A stretch of DNA of 64,000 nucleotides from an uncultured delta proteobacterium (lineage in GTDB: Bacteria > Desulfobacterota > Desulfobacteria > Desulfobacterales > Desulfatirhabdiaceae), in NCBI GenBank assembly GCA_963789395.1, contig CAWBKP010000014.1:320001-384000 (forward strand), given 5' to 3'. Made by a program: the position numbers and the translations under genes. This document shows, piece after piece, positions 20,238 to 30,719 of the stretch (position 1 is its first letter; every line of letters begins with the position of its first letter). The notes under the pieces were generated by a model. That model saw nothing but the letters and a program-made list of their open reading frames with translations. It was not told the origin of the DNA and ran no database searches.

Positions 20238-21209
20238 TCAGGATTCATCTGGCAAGGTTTCGGGGATAGCCATTTGATCCTTTCGGGATTGGATGCGACG
20301 CAACCACCAATCTTCCAGCTCGCCTATGATGCCCCGCCTGAAGGTCAGGACACAGACCACGAAGATCGCTCCCTGGATGATGGTTACCCATGCCCCGATC
20401 TGGGCCAGATAATTTTGGATGGCTGTCACCAAAAAAGCCCCTACCGGGGGACCCAGCACCGTACCTACCCCCCCCAACAGGGTCATCAGCACCACCTCCC
20501 CGGAGGCGTGCCAATGCACATCGGTGAGTGATGCCAGCTGAAACACCAGTACCTTCATGGAACCGGCCAGGCTGGAAATCCCGGCAGACAGCACAAAGGC
20601 CAGCAGTTTGTATCGGTGGGTCTTGTAACCCAGGCTGATGGCCCGCGGTTCGTTTTCGCGCACGGCTCTCAGCACATGCCCGAAAGGCGAGTGGATGATT
20701 CGCTGAAGAAACAGCAATCCCAGCACAAAGATCGTCAGTACGAAGTAATACATGGTCATGTTGGAATTAAGATCGATCAAGCCGAAAAGAAATCCCCGGG
20801 GGATCGCTTGAATCCCGTCCTCACCGTGGGTGAAGGGCGCCTGAACACAGAAGAAGTATATCATTTGGGCCATGGCCAGCGTAATCATTGCAAAGTAGAT
20901 GCCCTGACGGCGGATGGCCAGCCAGCCAAAGATCAGTCCCATGAAGGTTCCCACCGCGGTTCCTGTCAGCATGGCCAGTTCCGGCGTCAAGCCCCATACC
21001 TTTGCGGCATGGCCGCACACGTAGGCGCCAAATCCGAAATAGGCTGCGTGTCCGAAAGACAATAGCCCCACGTAGCCGAGCAGCAGATTGAAGGCTGCGG
21101 CGAACAACGCAAAGCAGAGGGCCTTCATCAGGAAAACGGGGTAGATGAAAAACGGCGCAGCCAGTCCCACGGCCAGCAATGCAAGGTGGCCCATCTTTAT
21201 ATGGCGCAT
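20238..21209 (-). CDS. livM: Branched-chain amino acid-type ABC permease
   Basis: GLLSFGHAAYFG, GIYFAMITLA, SPFGHVLRAVRENE. Confidence 0.92.
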   Translation of the reverse strand: MRHIKMGHLALLAVGLAAPFFIYPVFLMKALCFALFAAAFNLLLGYVGLLSFGHAAYFGFGAYVCGHAAKVWGLTPELAMLTGTAVGTFMGLIFGWLAIRRQGIYFAMITLAMAQMIYFFCVQAPFTHGEDGIQAIPRGFLFGLIDLNSNMTMYYFVLTIFVLGLLFLQRIIHSPFGHVLRAVRENEPRAISLGYKTHRYKLLAFVLSAGISSLAGSMKVLVFQLASLTDVHWHASGEVVLMTLLGGVGTVLGPPVGAFLVTAIQNYLAQIGAWVTIIQGAIFVVCVLTFRRGIIGELEDWWLRRIQSRKDQMAIPETLPDES

Positions 21210-21216
21210 GATTTCC

Positions 21217-22104
21217 TCAATTGATTCGGCCGAAAAAGCCGGCCGGTTTGATTAAAAGCACCACGGCCATGGCCACGAATATAACGGTGTTGGATGCCTC
21301 CGGGTAGAACACCTTGGTGAGGCCTTCCAGCAGCCCGAGGATAAAGCCGGTTAGCACCGACCCCATGATCGAGCCCATCCCCCCGATCACCACCACAGCA
21401 AAAACCACGATGATCATGTCGGCGCCCATGGTGGGCTTGACCTGATAAATCGGTGCGGCCAACACGCCCGCAAAGGCGGCCAGGGCAACTCCCAATCCAT
21501 AGGTGAGAGTGATCATGAGGGGGACGTTAATGCCGAAAGCCTGCACCAGTGTCGGATTCTCCGTGGCAGCCCTGAGGTATGCGCCCAGGCGGGTCTTCTC
21601 AATCACCAGCCAGGTGCAGAGGCAGACGATCAGCGAGGCCAGCACCACCCAAGCGCGGTAATTCGGAAGAAACATAAACCCCAGGTTCTGCAGCCCGGTA
21701 AGTTGGGGCGGGATCGGATAGGGCTGACCCGAAATGCCGTATATCTGCCGGAAGACTCCCTCGATGATCAGGGCCAGACCAAACGTCAGCAGCAGCCCGT
21801 AAAGATGATCCAGTTTGTACAGCCACCGCAGAAACAGCCTTTCCATAATGATCCCGAACACCCCTACCACCACGGGGGCGATCAGAAGCGACAGCCAGTA
21901 GTTCACCCCGCCATAGACCAAGCTCAGCCATGCCACATAGGCTCCCATCATATATTGGGCGCCATGGGTGAAATTAATGACGTTTAAAAGGCCGAAAATC
22001 AAGGCAAGCCCAAGGCTGAGGACTGCGTAAAAAGAGCCGTTGATGACGCCCAGAAGCAGCTGGCCGAAAAATGCCTGGGGAGGTATGCCGATCAGTTCAA
22101 ACAT
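21217..22104 (-). CDS. livH: Branched-chain amino acid-type ABC permease
   Basis: GSFYAVLSLGLALIFG..NVINFTHG, VVVIGGMGS. Confidence 0.92.
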   Translation of the reverse strand: MFELIGIPPQAFFGQLLLGVINGSFYAVLSLGLALIFGLLNVINFTHGAQYMMGAYVAWLSLVYGGVNYWLSLLIAPVVVGVFGIIMERLFLRWLYKLDHLYGLLLTFGLALIIEGVFRQIYGISGQPYPIPPQLTGLQNLGFMFLPNYRAWVVLASLIVCLCTWLVIEKTRLGAYLRAATENPTLVQAFGINVPLMITLTYGLGVALAAFAGVLAAPIYQVKPTMGADMIIVVFAVVVIGGMGSIMGSVLTGFILGLLEGLTKVFYPEASNTVIFVAMAVVLLIKPAGFFGRIN

Positions 22105-22170
22105 GATGCGATCCCATCATCCGGTTGGATACCCGGGCCCCCATTGCCGGGGTCCGGGCCGCGTAACAGG

Positions 22171-23394
22171 CTATTTTTTCTTTTCAAGAAGGTAGGAACA
22201 CTTGGTATCGGCCAGAGGCTTGTACGCTTCGTCACCGGGTATGGTGCTCAGTATCTTGTAATAATCCCAGGGGTACTTGGATTCCTCGGGCTTTTTGACC
22301 TGGACCAGGTACATGTCATGCACCATGCGGCCGTCTTCACGCACCTTTCCGTTCTTTGCAAAGAAATCGTTCACCGGCAGTTCTCTCATTTTCTGGGCCA
22401 CGGCTTTGGCCTCATCCGTACCCGCAGCCTGAACGGCTTTCAGGTAATGCATGGCGCCGGAATAACATCCGGCCTGGCTCATGGTGGGCATACGGCCGTT
22501 CATACGCTGGCTCCAGCGCTTGGACCAGGCACGGGTTTCGTCGTTGAAATCCCAATAGAATCCGGTCGTCACCACCAGCCCCTGGGCAGACTTAAGCCCT
22601 AGACTGTGGACATCCGAAATGAAAACCAGCAGTCCGGCCAGGCGCTGGCCGCTCTGGGTAATCCCGAACTCGGCAGCCTGTTTGATGGCATTGATGGTGT
22701 CGCCGCCGGCATTGGCAAGGCCGATGACCTTGGCCTTGCTGGCCTGGGCCTGAAGCAGAAAAGAGGAAAAATCGTTGTTGGGGAAGGGATGGCGAACCGA
22801 GCCAATAACTTTTCCGCCGGCCTTGGTTACAGCCTCGGACGTGGATTTTTCCAGGTCGTGCCCAAAGGCATAGTCGGCTGTCAGAAAAAACCATGTATCG
22901 CCGCCGTCCTTAACCATGGCAAGGCCCGTGCCATGGGCCAGGGCGTAGTTGTCATATGTCCAGTGAAACCCCGTGGGCGAACAGTTCTCGTTGGTCAGGA
23001 TAACCGATGCGCCGGTGGAAATGATATCAATGCGGTTCTTGTTCTTGCAGATCTCCTGGACCGCCAGGCAGACGGAGGTGGTTGGCAGGTCGATGATCAT
23101 ATCCACGTTTTCCACATCAATCCATTTGTTGGCAATGTTGGCCCCGATGTCCGGTTTGTTCTGATGGTCGGCAAATACCACCTCGACGGGTTTGCCCAGC
23201 ACTTTGCCGCCGAAATCCTCGACAGCCATCCTGACCGCTTCCACCGAACCCGTGCCGCTCAAATCGGAATAAGTACCCGATTGATCGTTAAGCACGCCGA
23301 TCTTGACAACATTGTCACTTACCTGTGCCCAGACCGATGGGGCCAGAAAGCAACCCAGAACAAACAGAAACGCCAGACGGTTTAATTTTTTCAT
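22171..23394 (-). CDS. Liv-type ABC substrate-binding protein (substrate uncertain)
   Basis: Signal peptide; KIGVLNDQSG, ADHQNKPD, TADYAFGH, REDGRMVHDMYL. Confidence 0.9.
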   Translation of the reverse strand: MKKLNRLAFLFVLGCFLAPSVWAQVSDNVVKIGVLNDQSGTYSDLSGTGSVEAVRMAVEDFGGKVLGKPVEVVFADHQNKPDIGANIANKWIDVENVDMIIDLPTTSVCLAVQEICKNKNRIDIISTGASVILTNENCSPTGFHWTYDNYALAHGTGLAMVKDGGDTWFFLTADYAFGHDLEKSTSEAVTKAGGKVIGSVRHPFPNNDFSSFLLQAQASKAKVIGLANAGGDTINAIKQAAEFGITQSGQRLAGLLVFISDVHSLGLKSAQGLVVTTGFYWDFNDETRAWSKRWSQRMNGRMPTMSQAGCYSGAMHYLKAVQAAGTDEAKAVAQKMRELPVNDFFAKNGKVREDGRMVHDMYLVQVKKPEESKYPWDYYKILSTIPGDEAYKPLADTKCSYLLEKKK

Positions 23395-23468
23395 CGCAAC
23401 TCTCCTTTTCAGTAATGATGCATACCTGCCAAAGTCTGAATTCACCTATCCCGTACAGGAATCAGACA

Positions 23469-24179
23469 TTAAACCCCGAGATACCGCTGCAGCTTTTCGG
23501 TATGATCTGCAATCCGGTCATTAAGGATCATGTCAATCACCGTCCCGTTCTCCACCACGAAGTGGCGGTCAGCCACGGTGGCGGCAAAATGGAAATTCTG
23601 TTCCACCAGCAATATGGTGTAACCTTTGCCCTTAAGGTGCCGGATGATATCTCCGATGTGCCTGACGATCAGCGGCGCCAGCCCTTCCGTGGGTTCATCC
23701 AGCAACAGCAGCCTGGCCCCGGTGCGGAGGATGCGGGCGATGGCCAGCATCTGCGCCTCGCCACCGCTGAGCTTTGTGCCTTGAGTCCGTCCACGCTCTT
23801 TCAGGCGCGGGAACAATTCATAGATTTCATCCAGCGACAGGCCTCCCGGCTGCACGACCGGTGGCAGCAGCAGGTTCTCTGTGACCGAAAGGCTGCTGAA
23901 GATGCCACGCTCCTCCGGACAGTAGGCAACACCCATGCGGGCGATACGGTTGGATGGCAATGTGGCAAGATTGGCCCCCTTAAACGCCACCAAACCCGTT
24001 CGCTGGGTCACAATGCCCATGATGGCCTTCAATGTCGTGCTTTTTCCGGCACCGTTTCGCCCCAGCAGGGTGACCACCTCGCCCCCCGGAACCCCAAAAT
24101 CCATTCCCTGCAGGATATGGGATTCACCGTAGTGGGCATGAAGATCTCGGACGTTCAGCATCAGCTTGTCATCCGTCAT
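23469..24179 (-). CDS. livF: ABC ATPase
   Basis: GRNGAGKS, LSGGEAQML, LLLDEPTEGLAP. Confidence 0.92.
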   Translation of the reverse strand: MTDDKLMLNVRDLHAHYGESHILQGMDFGVPGGEVVTLLGRNGAGKSTTLKAIMGIVTQRTGLVAFKGANLATLPSNRIARMGVAYCPEERGIFSSLSVTENLLLPPVVQPGGLSLDEIYELFPRLKERGRTQGTKLSGGEAQMLAIARILRTGARLLLLDEPTEGLAPLIVRHIGDIIRHLKGKGYTILLVEQNFHFAATVADRHFVVENGTVIDMILNDRIADHTEKLQRYLGV

Positions 24180-24927
24180 GGCCGGTCCCCATATACGCTT
24201 CTATGACCTGCGGATCAGCCGAAACCTGGGAATAGGTTCCTTCGGCCAATATCTGTCCGTTGTGCAACACGGAAATATAGTCGGAAAGGTCAGACACCAC
24301 ACTCAGGTTGTGCTCAACCATCAGCACGGTGCGGTGGGCCGCCACCTGGCGGATCAGGGCGGATATGCGTCCGATGTCCTCTCTGGCCATACCGGACATG
24401 GGCTCGTCGATCAGCAGCATCTCCGGTTCCAGGGCCAGGGTTGTGGCGATTTCCAGCGCCCGCTTGCGTCCGTAAGGCAGCTCCGATGCCTTTTTGTCCG
24501 CGTATTCGCTCAGTCCCACTGCATCCAGCATTTCAAAGGCTCTCTGGTGTAACCCGTGCAGCAGACGATCCGAGCGCCAGAAGTGAAAATGTTTGCCGAG
24601 CTTGCGCTGCAACGCCAGTCGGATGTTCTCAAGCACGGATAAATTCAGGAAGACCGCCGAAATCTGGAAGGACCGCACCATTCCCATCAGCGCGATATCG
24701 GCCGGCGCCATGCGGGTGATATCCTGTCCTTTATAATAAATCTGTCCCTTGGTTGGCTGCAGGAATTTGGTGATCAGGTTGAAACAGGTGGTCTTGCCGG
24801 CCCCGTTGGGACCGATGAGGGCGTGGATGGTACCTTTTCTCACTTTCAGGCTGAGATCGCAAACGGCGGTGAACCCCTTGAAGTCCTTGTAAAGATGGCG
24901 AGTTTCAAGCAGATACTCCTGACTCAT
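24169..24927 (-). CDS. livG: ABC ATPase
   Basis: GPNGAGKT, LPYGRKRALE, VIEAYMG. Confidence 0.92.
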   Translation of the reverse strand: MSQEYLLETRHLYKDFKGFTAVCDLSLKVRKGTIHALIGPNGAGKTTCFNLITKFLQPTKGQIYYKGQDITRMAPADIALMGMVRSFQISAVFLNLSVLENIRLALQRKLGKHFHFWRSDRLLHGLHQRAFEMLDAVGLSEYADKKASELPYGRKRALEIATTLALEPEMLLIDEPMSGMAREDIGRISALIRQVAAHRTVLMVEHNLSVVSDLSDYISVLHNGQILAEGTYSQVSADPQVIEAYMGTGHDG

Positions 24928-25108
24928 ACGGGGGCGCGCTCCCTGCTCTCCGGCTGTATGTAAAATTTACAGTGATTCAGATAGGTTCTGTAATGCTGAT
25001 CTCAATTTCTCTGATTTAGATTCAGTTCTTGTTTAATAATTTATAATATATTTGCTACCATGTTTATTGATCCGTGTCAATTGTTATCCATGCAAAGAAA
25101 TCTCAGCA

Positions 25109-25264
25109 TCAATCCCGGAAAACCTGTTCCGGTTGGTCCTGATGGCGCTCCACGGCCGCTGCCAACATGCCGGCCAGTTCCTGAATCAGACAGCTGACCA
25201 GCGGGAAGCCGGGATTATATTGATGTCGATTCCGGCAGCTTCGCGCCACCTTGCCACCCTTGGT
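25109..25264 (-). pseudogene. Relic of the 3' end of an RpiR-family regulator paralog
   Basis: LVSCLIQELAGMLAAAVERHQDQPEQVFRD* aligns by eye with LINYLIQVLAGKLGEAMTRHQEQLEQAYLEND of the RpiR at 46948-47832. Confidence 0.6.
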
Positions 25265-25362
25265 GACTCTGTTGCGCTGCGCTCCAATACTGCCGCCAAA
25301 TTCGGAATGCCACTATCAGAACGAATACAATTATCAGTTTGAAAACATATGGTTTCTGAGCA

Positions 25363-26964
25363 TTATGATTGCTGGGTTTTCTGTTGACGGGCAGGCATCT
25401 GAGACATGATGAATTCAGACAGTGCCGTGATGGTCAGGCTGGGATTGACCCCGAGATTGGCCGCGACCACCGAACCGTCTGCCACAAAAAGATTCGGATA
25501 TCCGAAGATTTCGCCGTTAATGCCCACTACCCCCTTCTCGGGTGATTCGCCCATGCAGCATCCGCCAAGAATGTGCGCCGTGGTGGACGTATTGAAAACG
25601 GCTTCCGGAATCGAGCTCAAAGGTTCACCTTTCATTTTTTTGGCCAGGCGTCTGGCCACCTCATTGGCAATGGGGATGTAGGTCGGCGCACGTTTTTGAC
25701 CGGTCGGGAGCGAGGAATTCATGCTGAGCCCGCCAAGCCGCCACCATCGGGGTTTATAGTCCAGCTGGAGATAGTTCTTGTCGGTTTGCATGACCAACAC
25801 AACAGTTGTTGTCGATGCCATTCCCAGAGGCCACAGAAGTTTTATAAACTGCAGCGGATGCCGGACAATATTGCCAAGATACCGCATCCAGCGGGGAATG
25901 ATCCCGCCGCCATCGGTCATCAAGGTAAACAGATTCAGCAGAACGTCCGAGCCTTTGTTGTATCGGACCATCTCGATGTGCGTGGTATCATCGGCATAGA
26001 TGCCGGATGTAATTGCGATCTGATCGTTCCAGTCAATAGTCGTATCATTTGATTTTACGCCCAGAAGCGCTTCTGAATTCGTTCGGACGAAATTGCCGAG
26101 TTGATCGGAGATTTCCGGCAGCAATCCTTCATGCTTGCATTTCATCAGCAGCTTGACGGAACCCATCACCCCCCCGCTGAACACCACGCCCCGGGCGCGA
26201 TAGCTTCTTTCCGGATGCCGCAGTCCGGTCGACTTCCGGGAGATGATTTCATACCCGCCGTTGCAGGGTCTGACACCGGTGACCTCGGTTTCCGGAATAA
26301 TGCGCGCTCCCAGTCCTTCCGCCAGGTAGAGGTAGTTTCTGTCGAGCGTATTTTTGGCACCCACAGGACACCCGACCATACAGGACCCGCAGAACGTGCA
26401 TCCCGTGCGCTCAGGGCCTTTGCCGTCAAAATAGGGATCAGGCACCGTTTTGTCCGGCGTGCCGAAAAAAATGCCCACATCGTTTTTATGGAACGTATCC
26501 TTGCCCCTCAGCTCAATACCGACCTCTCGAAGGGCTTTGTCGGCAATGCCGATCTGCGGGCTGGGGTTGGCGCCCAGCATTTTCTTGGCGGTTTCATATT
26601 GGGGCATCAGCTGGGCCTTGCAGTCCGGAATGCCCCAATCCGGATTTTCAAAAACTTCTTCCGGCGGCACCAGAAGCTGGTTTGCATACACCAGGCTTCC
26701 GCCGCCGACGCCGCCCCCGTGAAAAATGAGGACATGCTTTAACTGCGTCAGCATCTGGTAGCCGAAGCAGCCGATCATGGGCAGCCACAGGTTCTTTCTG
26801 ACGTTCCAGTTGGTTTTGGGAAAATCCTCTTTCTGCCAGCGTTTGCCTTTTTCCAGCACAGCAACCGAGTACCCTTTCTCAGCCAGGCGAAGGGCGGAAA
26901 CACTGCCCCCAAAACCCGAACCGATGACAATGTAATCGTAGTCGAATGTATCCAGTCTGCTCAT
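25363..26964 (-). CDS. GMC-family FAD oxidoreductase (cholesterol-oxidase-like)
   Basis: IGSGFGGSVSA, GVGGGSLVYAN, CTFCGSCMVGCP, TAHILGGC, GVNPSLTITA. Confidence 0.9.
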   Translation of the reverse strand: MSRLDTFDYDYIVIGSGFGGSVSALRLAEKGYSVAVLEKGKRWQKEDFPKTNWNVRKNLWLPMIGCFGYQMLTQLKHVLIFHGGGVGGGSLVYANQLLVPPEEVFENPDWGIPDCKAQLMPQYETAKKMLGANPSPQIGIADKALREVGIELRGKDTFHKNDVGIFFGTPDKTVPDPYFDGKGPERTGCTFCGSCMVGCPVGAKNTLDRNYLYLAEGLGARIIPETEVTGVRPCNGGYEIISRKSTGLRHPERSYRARGVVFSGGVMGSVKLLMKCKHEGLLPEISDQLGNFVRTNSEALLGVKSNDTTIDWNDQIAITSGIYADDTTHIEMVRYNKGSDVLLNLFTLMTDGGGIIPRWMRYLGNIVRHPLQFIKLLWPLGMASTTTVVLVMQTDKNYLQLDYKPRWWRLGGLSMNSSLPTGQKRAPTYIPIANEVARRLAKKMKGEPLSSIPEAVFNTSTTAHILGGCCMGESPEKGVVGINGEIFGYPNLFVADGSVVAANLGVNPSLTITALSEFIMSQMPARQQKTQQS

Positions 26965-27005
26965 TGGTTCTCCTCTTGAATCTATTATTTAGCCGTCGCT
27001 CTGTT

Positions 27006-28872
27006 TTAAGATGCCAGGCCAAGCTTGGACAGGGTTTGCGGCGCTGGAATGCCCCGGTTGTCGAACCCGCGAAGGCGGTAGTAATCATCCAGCATGGCTT
27101 CCAGGGGAACGGTCCGCTTTTTTGGGTCGCCTGCCCGGCCCTCCCGAAGAAACCGCGCCGGCAGGGTGTCATCCTTTCGGGATATCCCTTCGCGGGTATT
27201 CATGAGGCGCTCCAGGGTGTGTATCCGCTCTCCGGCCCGGAGAAAATCCCCCTGGCTGATGCCAAGGCCGGTAACGCTGTTGAACATGCCGGTCAGCGAC
27301 GGGATGAGGATCAATTTCTGGGCAATCCGGGGAAGGTACTGCATGTTCAGCCGCAGCATCCACTTGGGCGTGTATTTGACGATCGGCTCCTCCAGGACAT
27401 ATGCAAATGCGGTAAACTGGCAGACATGAAGGGAGTTGACCGCCGCAAACAGGTTTTCAAAATATTTTACGAAATGCGCTTTGGCCCGCGTGGTATAGGG
27501 ATTCAGAAATCCCATAAAGACCTCCAGAGAGAAGGTCGTTGCCGACAGATGGCAGGCGCCCCGGTTGGCGACGGCATAGGACAGCCCCTGGCCCCAGGCG
27601 CCGCGCGGGATCGTATCCGGCCATATCAAGCCCCTTGACCTGGATGGCAAAGTCAGCCCCGCCGTATTTGGCCGCCAGCCGACGGGTCCCCCGGGCAAAC
27701 TCCTCCCCCTGGCCCCTGCGATGGGCGATGGCCTGGATCGTCTCTGAGACGCCTTCGGGCGATCCGAATTTCAAGTCGGTTTGCAGCAGCTTCTTCTCCC
27801 CGGCCTCCATAACCCAGGCAAGCGTGGCGCCGGTGGATATGGTGTCCAGACCCATGCGTCCGCACAGATCGTTCCACTCGGTGATGCTTTCGGTATCGAA
27901 AACGCCGAGATTGGTGCCCAGCAGGCAGATGGTTTCGTACTCGGGTATCTGGTGAACAGTGCCGTCCGGGTAAGTCCCCTTATGGCCGCAGAGGATCTTG
28001 CATGGCAGGCAGGTGCTGGGCCGCGTATGGTATTTCTGCTGCATGGTTTCACCGGACACATCGCCGGCGTTCACATGCTGCCCGTCGCGGAAATTGCGAA
28101 CCGGAAGGATGTTTCCCCGGTTGCTTAAATTCACATTGGCGCTGGTGCCGAAGTTGCGGTAGGCATGGCCGGTGAAATGGTTGGCATCGATCTGGGCGGA
28201 TGCCTTGCGCTTGATTTTTTCAAACGCATCCGCATGACGGGGCAGGATCTTGTATTTGCCCCCCAGAGCGACAACCGCTTTCAGGTTCTTGGCTCCCATG
28301 ACCGCACCCATGCCGCCCCGGCCCAGAAACCGGTGCCCTGAGGCCACATTGGCAAACAGCACCTGATTCTCTCCGGCAGGCCCGATGGCCAGGGCGCCGG
28401 ACTTTTTATCATCAGCCAGCCGGAGTTGCGTCTCCTGGGTATCCAGACCCCACACGGAAGAAGCATCCTCGAATGAGAGTCCTTCCGCATCGATTTTAAG
28501 ATAAACAGGCGTTTCTGATCTGCCGCCGATGATCAACCCGTCGTAGCCTGCAGTTTTCAGGGCCATGCCGAAAGGGCCGCCGCAGGAGGAAGTCAGCATG
28601 ATGCCGGTCAGCGGCGATTTGGTCACCGCCGCAAAGCGGCCGCTGCACGGCGCGCCGGTACCCAGCATGACCCCCATCATGAACACAATCAGGTTGTCCG
28701 GGCCCAGGGGATCAATTCCCGCAGCAACCCTCTCATTGAAAAGCTTTAGTCCCAGTCCCTTGCCGCCGATAAATTGCCGCCGGTCGTTGTCGCTGATATG
28801 AACAATACGGTGGCTCCGGTCGGAAAGATTGACTTCCAGAATGCGGTTGCTTGGCCCGATTATTTGATCCAT
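27006..28872 (-). CDS. aor: Second aldehyde:ferredoxin oxidoreductase family protein (+1 frameshift at about 27608)
   Basis: KSPLTG, GRGGMGAVMG, CLPCKILC, PEYET; removing one base restores GYDPRGAWGQGLSYAVANRGACH and joins ORFs 27457..28872 and 27006..27698. Confidence 0.9.
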
Positions 28873-29107
28873 GATACAATCCTTTTTTTAATATCATTGG
28901 GTGATAAAGCAGATCGACCTGACTCACAGAGGGTTATGAATACTGATTTTAACACAAACGGTTTGAGAAAATGTTAGGCGTTCCGGACATGGCAAGCGTG
29001 GCCGCACAGATAAACCGTCTCCCCTGAATTTCGGTTACTATTACGGGCAAGTGTTGATTTTCCGCATTGCAGGCGGCCAAGGATCGCTTCGGTGGGAAAC
29101 GCCTGCG

Positions 29108-29616
29108 TCAGGATGGATAGGACCAAATGCTGTAGGATATTTCGTCCTCATTTCCCGCCCCCCTCAGCTCTCCTTCATAAGCAAAGGATATTGACCGCGC
29201 GCCTTCCGGCACGGGGATTGTCTGGTCAAAAAGCATGGGAATCGTATCTATCGCATAATGATTTCCAACTGAATAAATAAGCACGTTTTCAATGACAACC
29301 CCCTGCTCATCCAGAAACAACAGGTTCACGGAAAGGCGTTTGATCCAGCTGAATCCGATGGCGAATCCGCCGAGCAGTTGGGTTCTTCCCTTGATCTTCA
29401 GGGCTTCAGGCGTCATCTGGTATTGGTATGTTACCGCCAGCTCGTTGGTTTTCCACACCCCTTGCTGATTCCCTTCCTTAAGCTCGGCGATGAGATTGTC
29501 ATGGGTTACCTGGATTCCCTTATAGCTGTACAGCCTCCCGCCGCAGGAAGCAATGGTGAATGAGGCGATCATAAGAATAAAGTTGCCTTTATAAACAGGT
29601 TGTCTCTTGAACGCAT
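29108..29616 (-). CDS. Putative lipoprotein (-1 frameshift at about 29580 in the signal peptide)
   Basis: GGAGGG RBS and ATG 29616; adding one T gives MRSRDNLFIKATFILMIASFTIAS-C (lipobox). Confidence 0.65.
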
Positions 29617-29877
29617 CGGATACCCCTCCGTAATTATAAAGTATTTTGCAACCATCCGCATACGGAATTGATACTTTTATACTGCAATCATTATGGTGTT
29701 TATTCTGTCAAGTCAAGATTAAAAACAGGTGCAGGCCAACACCGACACTGCCCGTTGCACCATCGAAGCCTGCCCCGGAAGTGATCTCACTGCCAATCAG
29801 CGGCATGTTTGTTGACCGGTTACGGTGATCCTCCTGCGCTCTCCCAAAAATTCGTCTTTTTCAGAAACAAAAAAAGA

Positions 29878-29917
29878 TTGACAATCTATTTTTGAATATT
29901 GTATTTTGTATTCAAAA
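29878..29917 (+). promoter_or_regulatory. Promoter with overlapping palindromic operator upstream of the GntR gene
   Basis: TTGACA at 29878; perfect inverted repeat TTTTGAATA-N10-TATTCAAAA (29890-29917). Confidence 0.6.
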
Positions 29918-29959
29918 TTCAATTTATCATATCTTTTACGCCATCGAGAGAATTCATCC

Positions 29960-30640
29960 ATGAAAAATCTTGATATCGACTACGAAAACCTGGACCAGAA
30001 AGTTTATCAGGAACTGAAAAAACTGATTGAAAACAGGCAGCTTCTGCCGGGCCAGAAAATTCCCCAGGAAAAAATCGCAAAAGAGCTCGGAATCAGCAGA
30101 ACTCCGCTTATCAGCGCCCTGAAATTTCTGGAGCACGAAAAACTCGTCGAAGTGAAACCGCGGAGAGGTTTTTTTGTCCGCTTTTTCAGTATTGAGGAGA
30201 TGATCTCGATTTTTGAAATTCGTGAGGTTCTGGAAGGATTATCGGCCCGCAGAGCGGCTCAATCCATTTCCGGGAAAAACATCAAGCTGTTGAGATCCAT
30301 CTTTAAAGATTTTACTGAACAGAATGACATTACGGACCTACAGGCATATTCCAAAGCTGATAAGCATTTCCATACCTTTATTGCCGAAATCGGTTCGGGG
30401 GAGTTTCTTTCCGCCATTCTGCTGACCTTGAACATCATAACGCTTGCCTACCAGAACGTCAGCAGCGAGGGCCTGATCCGAGAGCCCAATGAAACGATCA
30501 AGGATCACCTGCTGATTGTGGATGCGATCTGCAATCATGACCCTGAAATGTCGGAAAAGCTCATGAGGGATCATCTGAGCAAGACCATCACACAACTGAA
30601 AAACAATAGCGCACGAAAGAGCAGGACCCAAAAGAAATAA
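29960..30640 (+). CDS. GntR (FCD-type) transcriptional regulator
   Basis: LPGQKI..EKIAKELGISRTP, EIREVLEG, ADKHFH, DHLLIVDAI, MRDHL. Confidence 0.93.
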   Translation: MKNLDIDYENLDQKVYQELKKLIENRQLLPGQKIPQEKIAKELGISRTPLISALKFLEHEKLVEVKPRRGFFVRFFSIEEMISIFEIREVLEGLSARRAAQSISGKNIKLLRSIFKDFTEQNDITDLQAYSKADKHFHTFIAEIGSGEFLSAILLTLNIITLAYQNVSSEGLIREPNETIKDHLLIVDAICNHDPEMSEKLMRDHLSKTITQLKNNSARKSRTQKK

Positions 30641-30645
30641 TCACT

Positions 30646-30671
30646 ACCCCGGACGCTGATCCGGGGTTTTT
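30646..30671 (+). terminator. Terminator-like hairpin after the GntR gene
   Basis: ACCCCGGA-CGCTGA-TCCGGGGT-TTTT. Confidence 0.6.
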
Positions 30672-30719
30672 GTCATCCAAACGCAGTTACTTTAATTCAT
30701 TAACTTTAGTGGAGGTAAC

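Noticed and set aside
19968..20531. 187-aa ORF
   Set aside because: Spans the cupin gene, the korC relic and antisense livM; not a coherent protein.
27600..27615. Programmed ribosomal frameshifting at the broken genes
   Set aside because: No slippery heptamers or stimulatory structures seen; indel errors are simpler.
28873..29105. Moco/tungsten-cofactor riboswitch upstream of the second aor
   Set aside because: Only small hairpins; I could not recognise the conserved motif elements.
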